Shown one piece after another: positions 1 to 7,151 of a stretch of DNA of 52,691 nt (the first letter of the stretch is position 1; each line of letters starts with the position of its first letter). Position numbers and translations under genes: made by a program. Origin of the DNA: a virus (lineage: Duplodnaviria; Caudoviricetes); IMG/VR virus record IMGVR_UViG_3300046467_000501, positions 1 to 52,691 of that record, one strand, 5' to 3'. The notes below the pieces were generated by a model. It was not told the origin of the DNA and ran no database searches. It saw only the letters and a list, made by a program, of their open reading frames with translations.

Positions 1-138
1 GACGGGGTTTCAGCCGCCCTCTCTGCGCTTCGTGCCAAGATACAGGCAGAGTCTCAGGAAACACTACGCGAACGTGACCGTCTTTTACAGGAGAATCTCG
101 CCGCCCAGAAGAGAGCGATGAGGGAGGAGACACCATGA
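1..138 (+). CDS. 5'-truncated hypothetical protein
   Basis: Frame 1 is open from base 1 to TGA at 136-138 (DGVSAALSALRAKIQAESQ...EETP); the stop overlaps the next ATG (ATGA). Confidence 0.6.
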   Translation, partial: DGVSAALSALRAKIQAESQETLRERDRLLQENLAAQKRAMREETP

Positions 139-350
139 AAGCCAGAAGAATCAGAGTGTACGACACCGTTATCGAAACCTACGAGGTGCTCGTTCCTGTG
201 GGTACGAACCACGATGAAGTAGATGAGATCTTGGCCGAAGGTGACTTTGCTCGTATGGACATAGAGCACGACCGACGCCACCGGGATTGGATTTTTACTT
301 CCAACCATACAGAAGACATCGAACTGACCACGGAGATAAAAAATGGCTGA
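135..350 (+). CDS. hypothetical phage protein (71 aa)
   Basis: GGAGGAG RBS upstream; overlaps both neighbours. Confidence 0.75.
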   Translation: MKARRIRVYDTVIETYEVLVPVGTNHDEVDEILAEGDFARMDIEHDRRHRDWIFTSNHTEDIELTTEIKNG

Positions 351-543
351 GAATCAATGGAAGGGTTGGGTGTGGCCGTGGGAGGGCAAGAAACGAACAG
401 CGGCAACGACGCTCATCGGATTGGGCAAGATGCACGACAGGCTACTGCGTAGACGAGTGTGGGTTTACCAAGGCCCAGAAAAATACAAGCCAGTGTTGCG
501 TATCAAACAGATCGTCTCAAAGGAGAAAGAATCAAATGACTAA
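343..543 (+). CDS. hypothetical basic protein (66 aa)
   Basis: GGAG RBS; overlapping operon arrangement. Confidence 0.7.
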   Translation: MAENQWKGWVWPWEGKKRTAATTLIGLGKMHDRLLRRRVWVYQGPEKYKPVLRIKQIVSKEKESND

Positions 544-775
544 GACAGCGATCCAACACGAACACAAAGAATTTATCGACACGATTCTGGACAAGGTAAA
601 GACTCACTCACGACTAGTGTCGATGGGCGATACCATGCATACAGTTAGAAGGGGAGCGAGCCCAACAGATCATCGTGATTGGCACAGTAACCTCCGCAAA
701 GAAGCAGATACGTTGATCGAAGACATAGAGAATTCCCTCTACCGTAGGCTAGATGAAGTCGGAGACTCAGAATGA
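536..775 (+). CDS. hypothetical protein (79 aa)
   Basis: AAGGAG RBS before ATG at 536 (MTKTAIQHEH...); preferred to the longer 287 start in the ORF track. Confidence 0.7.
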   Translation: MTKTAIQHEHKEFIDTILDKVKTHSRLVSMGDTMHTVRRGASPTDHRDWHSNLRKEADTLIEDIENSLYRRLDEVGDSE

Positions 776-987
776 CAGTCACCAAGCAACACCTAATAGA
801 TCTAGAAGATGTCTGTGCTATCTTGTCAGAGATGGACACGGAGCTTGATGGATCAATGCACACCTGCACCTCATGTGGACGGGAATCATGGGAGGATCTC
901 CAAGAGGGAAGGCTCGCCAATGAGATAGCACTCATGCTACGCAAGACCCGCAGGTGCATCGGCATGGTCAGAGAGACGGTGAAGTGA
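772..987 (+). CDS. hypothetical protein with CxxC
   Basis: GGAG RBS, ATGA coupling, CTSC motif. Confidence 0.7.
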   Translation: MTVTKQHLIDLEDVCAILSEMDTELDGSMHTCTSCGRESWEDLQEGRLANEIALMLRKTRRCIGMVRETVK

Positions 988-1235
988 GAACCCGCAAGGC
1001 CAGACGACTGCTGAGACGGGGGCTCCGTGCCTCCAAGATCCGGGGCCACCGACCCGCACTCGTCTCCCACTTGGGTGCGATCAAGGTGTACGGGTGCAGG
1101 GCAAACGGATGTAACGCCATCTTAGAATGTTGGGACAATCCCGATACCGTGTCTGGCTCTATGGTTCACACCAACTGCAACCATCTAGAGCTAGGGTGGC
1201 TCCGAAGACAGCTACTGAAACTGACAGCCATTTAG
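984..1235 (+). CDS. hypothetical basic, Cys-containing protein
   Basis: GTG at 984 overlaps the previous stop (GTGA); in frame with track ORF 954..1235. Confidence 0.6.
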   Translation: MRTRKARRLLRRGLRASKIRGHRPALVSHLGAIKVYGCRANGCNAILECWDNPDTVSGSMVHTNCNHLELGWLRRQLLKLTAI

Positions 1236-1245
1236 ATTCGGGCAC

Positions 1246-1306
1246 AAAAAAAACCTCCCAAGCTGTCTGTGTAACTCATCGGGGGACACACAAACAACTC
1301 AGGAGG
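1246..1306 (-). terminator. Rho-independent terminator
   Basis: 19-bp stem followed by T8-GTGCCC on the minus strand; faces the plus-strand operon ending at 1235. Confidence 0.75.
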
Positions 1307-1350
1307 GGGGCATGGTAAGAGGAGGAACCATGCCGCTTTTACAACCCACC
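1246..1350 (-). ncRNA. candidate small RNA: anti-SD-loop hairpin plus long terminator hairpin
   Basis: 8-bp stem 1309-1316/1327-1334 with minus-strand loop UCCUCCUCUU; 19-bp stem 1254-1272/1288-1306 whose mismatches are G-U pairs only on the minus strand; U8 tail; promoter upstream. Confidence 0.5.
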
Positions 1351-1355
1351 AATAT

Positions 1356-1383
1356 AATTTACCAACTACAGACTCAGAGTCAA
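1356..1383 (-). promoter_or_regulatory. sigma70-like promoter
   Basis: TTGACT-16 nt-TAAATT with a TGn extension, directly after the stop of ORF 1387..1554. Confidence 0.5.
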
Positions 1384-1386
1384 TCC

Positions 1387-1554
1387 TCAAGTGTGCGGAC
1401 GATCACCAAAGTTTTTGGAGATTCCCTTCTGCACACTCTTTTCGGTAACCCAATGGGTGTTCCCGGCAAGCCAACCATAGCGGATTCCATACCTCACGCC
1501 CAACCCCACGCACACACCCAACAACACCAACGTCTTCCAGACTTTACCTTTCAT
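1387..1554 (-). CDS. small protein with N-terminal hydrophobic segment (55 aa; below ORF-track cutoff)
   Basis: MKGKVWKTLVLLGVCVGLGVRYG...; GAGG upstream; overlaps the stop of the upstream gene. Confidence 0.6.
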   Translation of the reverse strand: MKGKVWKTLVLLGVCVGLGVRYGIRYGWLAGNTHWVTEKSVQKGISKNFGDRPHT

Positions 1555-2047
1555 CCTCTTCCTCATCAGAGGTGGAACTAATGAGTGGCCGTATCATTAC
1601 CTTGAACGCATCAAACAATCCAAACTTGTTACGCACAAGAGATTGTTCAAGCTCATCGGTTGCCCGCTTAACACCTTTTAGATAAGGCTTGGTGTAAGTC
1701 TTCCTGTAGGCTCTGACCTCTTTCTCAGTCTGAGCTATGTAGATGCCACGCGCACAGTAAAGAACGGGAAGCACCAGTTCCTTGGCACAGTAAAACTTGA
1801 ACCTTGGGTGATGCGAGTTGAACCAAGATCTAGCTGGCCTCTCAAACTCTGTAATCGTTGGGTCCCACAACCCTACTACGGTATCCCAAAGAAATTCTTT
1901 GGACTTAGCCCTAGCCTCACCCATACAATGTTCTCTCAGTAATTTCACAAGCACATCGTAATAAACAACTTCCTTCCTACTCCATTCTGACAAGCCCTTC
2001 TCATCCATTGGCTTCTCCACTATCGCCATCTCCATTCCGTTAGACAT
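1544..2047 (-). CDS. hypothetical protein, possible winged-helix DNA-binding protein
   Basis: HCMGEARAKS...LPVLYCARGIYIAQTEKEVRAY resembles a phage wHTH pattern; overlaps parB-like gene. Confidence 0.6.
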   Translation of the reverse strand: MSNGMEMAIVEKPMDEKGLSEWSRKEVVYYDVLVKLLREHCMGEARAKSKEFLWDTVVGLWDPTITEFERPARSWFNSHHPRFKFYCAKELVLPVLYCARGIYIAQTEKEVRAYRKTYTKPYLKGVKRATDELEQSLVRNKFGLFDAFKVMIRPLISSTSDEEEDER

Positions 2048-2960
2048 TAGAGAGAACCTCGTCTAAGGCGATAATTTCTTTTGTAATAATGCTGTGCCTA
2101 CGGGTAGTAAAACGGATTGCCTCTGGAGAAAATCTGGCGGGAGATTCTGACGCCTCTTTAATTGCATCACGATACGCAGTCATTGCGTCCATGTAATACT
2201 TCACTATCGGCTCGTCTGTTATCTCCGCCGATCTACGTTTTTCAGACTTGCGATCAGCATCCATGCTTGTAGCCCTGAGTTCCTGCTCAAAGCTGAAATC
2301 TCTACGCTTCGGGTGGCGCACCTTAATCACTGTGCTCCTTTCCCTTGCACTTGATGCGGCGTTGTGGGCCGCCAACACCTCTTCTGTTTGACCTAAATTC
2401 AATTCCTCCGAAGTAAATTTATCAGCAATCTTCCGCTTCGCTTCCCAGTCACCCTTTGCCGCCATGGCTATGGCAGTTTTTCTTAAAGATATTTTTCCAT
2501 CACTATTATGTACTACGACTCCATTATCCAGTCCCTTCAATGCTTGCATTGATCTATTTATTGTGGGTTGAGTACACCCTACCATCTGTGCCAATTCAGT
2601 TTGGCTACAGCCAAGCTTCTCTAAAAGATTCGCATAGCCACGAGCTTTTTCGACAACATCAACATCCTCTCGACATTCATTTTCCAATACCTGTTTCAGT
2701 AACGCTTCCGAATCATCAACATCCTCTACGATAGCCGCTATCGTTTCAAGTCCAGCCCTCCTCGACGCTTCAGTTCTGCGATGACCGTAAACAATCTCAT
2801 AGCCCTTGCCGTTTCGGCGTACCTTGATGGGCACCTCCTGCCCCTGCTCCTTGATAGATAAGGCCAGTGCATCCAAAGCTTCTTCGTCAAACGTGACACG
2901 AATCTGATCCTTCGATGGCCTCAGATCCTTGAGCGGTACATTCTCTACAATCATTTTCAT
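2040..2960 (-). CDS. parB: ParB/Spo0J-like protein (ParB N-terminal domain + HTH)
   Basis: LALSIKEQGQEVPIKVR, YEIVYGHRR, LENECRED motifs, then HTH SQTELAQMVGCTQPTINR. Confidence 0.85.
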   Translation of the reverse strand: MKMIVENVPLKDLRPSKDQIRVTFDEEALDALALSIKEQGQEVPIKVRRNGKGYEIVYGHRRTEASRRAGLETIAAIVEDVDDSEALLKQVLENECREDVDVVEKARGYANLLEKLGCSQTELAQMVGCTQPTINRSMQALKGLDNGVVVHNSDGKISLRKTAIAMAAKGDWEAKRKIADKFTSEELNLGQTEEVLAAHNAASSARERSTVIKVRHPKRRDFSFEQELRATSMDADRKSEKRRSAEITDEPIVKYYMDAMTAYRDAIKEASESPARFSPEAIRFTTRRHSIITKEIIALDEVLSNV

Positions 2961-2967
2961 CCCCCTT

Positions 2968-3495
2968 TTACAATTTTTGAAGTGTCACCATGTCATGCGA
3001 CTTGCCGCAATGGTGTATCGCATCTAGTAGTGTGCCAATCGGGTGAAGAGCGGACTGAGGCACCATCCAATTTGGATACTCAATCGTGTCGTCCCACCAC
3101 TCATCCCGCCTCGCTTCGTCAGGACCAATCCATCCCCGAACAAAAAATACCGGCGCGATACCCGTAACGAGGACGAACCACCGATCTTCTGGGTCAGTCC
3201 GTTTGACTGGGAGCCGGTAGTTGTGACCGGGTGTCGTTCGAACCTCAATGCAATGAAGCAGGTCTGGCCCTTTCATCGTGCCCATCCCCGGAGGCCAGTA
3301 CACGCCAAGACACTTCCCCACCGCGCACTCGCCACAAGCTCCCTCAATGTGGGCATCCCACCCGCTTTTGGTGAAGCCACCCGCCCGTCCCCTGCCGTGC
3401 GCCCGGTTCGCAGACTCCCGCGCTACCCCAGAGAAAGCGGCGAACGCCATCTCTGACGCCGACAGGGTGATTTCCTCGCCCCTTGTATCACTCAT
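2968..3495 (-). CDS. conserved phage protein, possible PD-(D/E)XK-fold nuclease
   Basis: GACGECAV, PD...IEVRT and VRGWI motifs. Confidence 0.6.
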   Translation of the reverse strand: MSDTRGEEITLSASEMAFAAFSGVARESANRAHGRGRAGGFTKSGWDAHIEGACGECAVGKCLGVYWPPGMGTMKGPDLLHCIEVRTTPGHNYRLPVKRTDPEDRWFVLVTGIAPVFFVRGWIGPDEARRDEWWDDTIEYPNWMVPQSALHPIGTLLDAIHHCGKSHDMVTLQKL

Positions 3496-3562
3496 TCTCC
3501 ATCCTATGACAGACGCCCGTGTACCGCGCCTTCATTTCCGGCTGGGTGAGGGTGACTTGCAT
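3488..3562 (-). pseudogene. 24-aa mini-ORF, possible remnant of a paralogue of the downstream gene
   Basis: MQVTLTQPEMKARYTGVCHRMENE versus EEITLSASEMAFAAFSGVARESAN; fills the intergenic gap. Confidence 0.3.
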
Positions 3563-3563
3563 A

Positions 3564-4037
3564 TCAGTTCATGGTCATATCAGAAGGATCAATCGTTATA
3601 CCTAGGTTAGTGCCCACCTTCTTCATGAACACAGGCTTTAAGGTCTTCACCAAAGGACTGTCATCACCTACTTCCTTAGCTTTATCCAGCATATCCTTGG
3701 TGACCTTCTCGTCGTTCAGCCACGGATGGAGATCCTTCATGTCACTCAGCATAAACGAAACAAGCAACGACTCTCCGTCACCCTTGGTGAAAACCGTTTC
3801 TATATTCGCATCACAATTGCAGGAGTAGAGGTGGGCGAGTGCCTCATCTGAGGTGGGCTCATGCCCGCCCGTCATATCTTTTCTCTGCTCCTCTCCTTCC
3901 ATGCGCTGAAAGATGTGACAATTATCTTGGTGCAAGGTTTCAATAACTACCATCGACTCATTATCTCTGGCCAGACTGTCTATCAACAACACAATGCAGG
4001 AGATCGTGTCTCCATTGTTGCCCTCTAAAGCCACCAT
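3564..4037 (-). CDS. hypothetical protein (157 aa)
   Basis: ORF in the minus-strand operon, overlapping the RHH gene stop. Confidence 0.7.
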   Translation of the reverse strand: MVALEGNNGDTISCIVLLIDSLARDNESMVVIETLHQDNCHIFQRMEGEEQRKDMTGGHEPTSDEALAHLYSCNCDANIETVFTKGDGESLLVSFMLSDMKDLHPWLNDEKVTKDMLDKAKEVGDDSPLVKTLKPVFMKKVGTNLGITIDPSDMTMN

Positions 4038-4207
4038 TCTTTCTCCCTTTTTTTGACAACCTTAGATGTATCAATTTTGGCCGCGCTATCCACATACGCT
4101 TTAAGTATATCACGCATCAACTGTGACGTACTCACGCCGTCCTCTTCAGCGAACCCACGGAGGGCGGAGAGTATATCACCCTCCACCCTCAACAGGAATT
4201 GATCCAT
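4025..4207 (-). CDS. ribbon-helix-helix (CopG/Arc-like) DNA-binding protein
   Basis: MDQFLLRVEGDILSALRGFAEEDGVSTSQLMRDILKAYV; ATG follows the upstream stop. Confidence 0.75.
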   Translation of the reverse strand: MDQFLLRVEGDILSALRGFAEEDGVSTSQLMRDILKAYVDSAAKIDTSKVVKKREKEWWL

Positions 4208-4208
4208 C

Positions 4209-4502
4209 TTAGAAGGGGAGTCCATCGTCCTCTTCGTCATCGACACCCACGGCAACACTCTGCATCGGTTGGATCTCCAAGCGGGCATTCTCATAGTCGA
4301 TGCCCTTCTTCGATGTCCTGTTCCAGATAGCTACCCGAACCGTAGGCATCTCGCCTTCCTTCGCGTGAGACACCATCTCCTTCAGAAACTCCCTAGTGAA
4401 TTCAATCTTCCCCGACTTCACCGGAGCTTTAGAATTTTCTTGAAACTGATTCTTGAAGATTGCGAAGTCGATCTTAACTACGTTGTCGTATTGATTAGCC
4501 AT
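4209..4502 (-). CDS. putative single-stranded DNA-binding protein
   Basis: Small beta-rich protein with acidic tail DDEEDDGLPF; next to the annealase. Confidence 0.65.
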   Translation of the reverse strand: MANQYDNVVKIDFAIFKNQFQENSKAPVKSGKIEFTREFLKEMVSHAKEGEMPTVRVAIWNRTSKKGIDYENARLEIQPMQSVAVGVDDEEDDGLPF

Positions 4503-5250
4503 TGAGCAGTTCCCCTTGTTCGTCTCTGTTATCGTTGAGTTTTAATGCAGCCTTCGACAATTCGTTTACTGACTGGACGAGTTTCGCTATCGCCTTGGTG
4601 TCTTTGCTTTTCAGCGCGGCCTTGATCTCGCCTTGGGTCTTGGAGTCCGGTAGCCAACCCGCTTGAGCCGCATCATTGCAAGCTTCCTTCAATGCCATAG
4701 CCATCTCATCACCTGAGACGGCTCCGTTCGATGTCGGCACCTCCACCTTCTCAGCTTTCTTGGCCTTGGCCTTCGCCTTTGCCTTGGGCTTCGCCTTCGG
4801 CGGTGCCACCTCTGCTACGGGAGCAGTTACCTCTTCCGTGGGAAGGCCGTCCCCACTGTAGATGTAATTAGCTAATCCATGAAGAGAGAAGCACTTGGTC
4901 AGGCATCTCATTTTCGCATCAGAAATATCCCGTGACGAGGGATGAGCGATGCTCTTCATCCTGTAATCCATAACAGGCAACCACATCTCCCGAACCACAT
5001 CACCAATTGTCACCGAACAACTGACCGATGCAGTACCACCCTCATAGTAAGTGGCATCTCTGGTGACGCCCTTCTCGTCAGTGGTGCCATGCCATTTGAT
5101 TGTCAACTCAGGATAATTCTCCATCATAATCCTGTAGGCATGACTCCAACTCAGGTAGGTCAACCCACCCTTCTCTTCCGTGAACTCATTGACGTTGATC
5201 TTCGACAGCGTCTTCCATATCGACGCCGCGCCCAAACTCTTAGCTACCAT
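4495..5250 (-). CDS. Sak3/DUF1071-family single-strand annealing protein
   Basis: TLSKINVNEFTEEKGGLTYLSWSHA, MWLPVMD, MRCLTK...HGL motifs; start MVAKSLG at 5250 after GAGG. Confidence 0.8.
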   Translation of the reverse strand: MVAKSLGAASIWKTLSKINVNEFTEEKGGLTYLSWSHAYRIMMENYPELTIKWHGTTDEKGVTRDATYYEGGTASVSCSVTIGDVVREMWLPVMDYRMKSIAHPSSRDISDAKMRCLTKCFSLHGLANYIYSGDGLPTEEVTAPVAEVAPPKAKPKAKAKAKAKKAEKVEVPTSNGAVSGDEMAMALKEACNDAAQAGWLPDSKTQGEIKAALKSKDTKAIAKLVQSVNELSKAALKLNDNRDEQGELLNG

Positions 5251-6097
5251 TTCCTCTTCCTCCCTTCCATTGTGGGCAAAACTCCGCAACCTCACACCAA
5301 CCTTCACACCGGACATACTTCGCATCACCATCAACGATATTGTATGAACCAGTTTTCTGCTTGTTGACGTAGTCGGTTGCCTCTCTCATCGTGTCGAACG
5401 AACGTGGCTTACCACCTCCACTGTGCGTGGGGTTCACTTGATAAGCACCCCTAGCCCATCGCTCTTCGGGTGTACATGGGATCGTGCTTTCCCGTACATG
5501 AACACGGACCCGCTGATCCACATAATCATCCTGCCGCCCATCCCTCCACATGGGCACGGATAACACAACGACTGGACTATTCGGGTAATCGTACTTACCT
5601 ACCCTCGACTTCATCCAGTCACGACAAATACATACGATGCTTAACTTGGTGGCAGTGATGTCATTCTGCCTGAGCAACCAAGCGTAGAGATTTAGCTGCT
5701 TCTCCCAATCTTCTTTTAACCCACGCTGTACGGAGTAGGTTGATGTCACCTTGTAATCAACAATGGAACCATCATCTCTTATAAGGTCGATGGCACCGCT
5801 GATCGTGACACTATAGGGCGGGATCGAAGTCGTATGTTCAGCGTGGAACCTTTGTTCTTTGGTGCCCTCGCTATCTGCCTGTTCAATTGCAGCATGAACA
5901 CCAGTACCTAACAGCTTCCAAATCTGTTCTCGTACATCAACAGTGATGTCATCCTCGTGCTTGTTCCACAGGCGGCGAATCTGTGGGGGCTTGATCAACT
6001 CCGTAACACTGAAGTCTGCCCCGTCCTTCGTATATGGATCGTTGCGGACAGCATCCACAATCGAATCCGGTGCGCCATAGTTGTTTGTGAGTTTCAA
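5240..6097 (-). CDS. PD-(D/E)XK (Cas4/RecB-like) exonuclease
   Basis: GTGVH, SGAIDL, IVDYK, QLNLY motifs and a C-terminal Cys cluster; TTG start with GGAGG. Confidence 0.8.
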   Translation of the reverse strand: MKLTNNYGAPDSIVDAVRNDPYTKDGADFSVTELIKPPQIRRLWNKHEDDITVDVREQIWKLLGTGVHAAIEQADSEGTKEQRFHAEHTTSIPPYSVTISGAIDLIRDDGSIVDYKVTSTYSVQRGLKEDWEKQLNLYAWLLRQNDITATKLSIVCICRDWMKSRVGKYDYPNSPVVVLSVPMWRDGRQDDYVDQRVRVHVRESTIPCTPEERWARGAYQVNPTHSGGGKPRSFDTMREATDYVNKQKTGSYNIVDGDAKYVRCEGWCEVAEFCPQWKGGRGNGS

Positions 6098-6354
6098 GAA
6101 ATCCTCCAGACACCAACCGTTGATACCGTATCTTCTATACGCCTCACAACGTAGCGTTTCCCTTCGTCATTATTATTCCAGCGAGTGGCAGATGAACGAA
6201 CACTGCGCTCATGCTTGTTGTCTTCACATTCAACCATGAAGCACTGATCCACATCCAGCTTTCCAAAGGGATATGTTCTTCGCTCTGCCCTGTGTGGAAT
6301 GGGTACATCGTCAAGGATTCTAATGTCACTCGACTCTGTTAATGTCTCACTCAT
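6094..6354 (-). CDS. small putative DNA-binding protein
   Basis: DDVPIP...YPFGKLDVDQCF...VGVWRI; GGAG RBS before ATG at 6354. Confidence 0.7.
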   Translation of the reverse strand: MSETLTESSDIRILDDVPIPHRAERRTYPFGKLDVDQCFMVECEDNKHERSVRSSATRWNNNDEGKRYVVRRIEDTVSTVGVWRIS

Positions 6355-6614
6355 TGGGTTCTCCAAATTCCTATACCGTAATCGGTAATACGAACGCTAA
6401 ATTTTTTCCCAGTCTTCCTTGCCAATCTCCCTGCATAACTTCTCACTGCATTGATCTTGCTTTGCACCTCCTCACTCTCCATGGTCATCTCAATCAAGTC
6501 GCCCACCTGCACCGTATCCAACGGCAGGTGCCCCCATTTAGTAGGAGGCCCTGAGTTGGGTGGAGGAGGTCCGACTCCTTCGTAAACCCTGATTCTCTGC
6601 TTTGTATGCACCAA
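6351..6614 (-). CDS. small putative DNA-binding protein, paralogue of the downstream gene
   Basis: GVGPPP...LPLDTVQVGD...KFSVR...IGIWRT; AAGGAG RBS. Confidence 0.7.
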   Translation of the reverse strand: MVHTKQRIRVYEGVGPPPPNSGPPTKWGHLPLDTVQVGDLIEMTMESEEVQSKINAVRSYAGRLARKTGKKFSVRITDYGIGIWRTQ

Positions 6615-6680
6615 GGAATCTCCTTAGTTGCCCTGTAAATCAGTTACTGTTATAGTCCCCATCCAAATGGAGACGAATAG

Positions 6681-7151
6681 ATGATAGCGGAACGACAAGA
6701 TCTACGCAAGGGCCTTGACAACGACCTGTGTGAGCTTACGATAGTGGGAGAACCTGCCTCTAAATCCAACTCACGGAGGCTCGTTTCGATAAAGGGTAGA
6801 CCCGCCTTTATTAAATCAAAGAAAGCCATTGACTACTCAAAAAACTTTACGCTCCAGTGTCCCACATCTGACACCCTGTATGAGGAAGATCTGGCTATTG
6901 CTTTAAAAATTTTCTATCAATCTAAACGACCAGACCTAGATGAATCTCTGATACTGGATCTTCTTCAAGGTAAAGTATATAAAAATGATAGGTCTATCAA
7001 GTTAAAATATGTTGAGTGGGGTCTAGATAGACAGTCTCCTAGAATACTAGTAGTACTAGGACCAGTAGAAAGAAGAGAAGAGATTATTAGTAGGTTTAGA
7101 GAACTAGTAGAAAGAGAGGAGCAGGATGTTTCAACAGCTAGTACCCAATGA
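6681..7151 (+). CDS. rusA: RusA-like Holliday junction resolvase
   Basis: GEPASKSN, RPDLD...ILDLLQGKVYKNDR acidic catalytic pattern. Confidence 0.75.
   Translation: MIAERQDLRKGLDNDLCELTIVGEPASKSNSRRLVSIKGRPAFIKSKKAIDYSKNFTLQCPTSDTLYEEDLAIALKIFYQSKRPDLDESLILDLLQGKVYKNDRSIKLKYVEWGLDRQSPRILVVLGPVERREEIISRFRELVEREEQDVSTASTQ

Noticed and set aside
287-535. N-terminal extension of track ORF 287..775
   Set aside because: Overlaps two RBS-supported genes; ATG at 536 has its own SD.
1312-1581. Plus-strand 89-aa ORF with AGGAGGA before ATG at 1330
   Set aside because: SD-ATG spacing is very short, the ATG is inside a stem, and the frame is antisense to a better-supported minus-strand gene (1387..1554).
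5240-6097. Exonuclease as a CRISPR-associated Cas4
   Set aside because: Its context (annealase, SSB) indicates a phage recombination nuclease.
6715-6742. TTGACA-16-TACGAT promoter-like match inside the rusA 5' region
   Set aside because: Lies within an ORF that has a GGAG RBS at its annotated start; cannot tell it from chance without TSS data.
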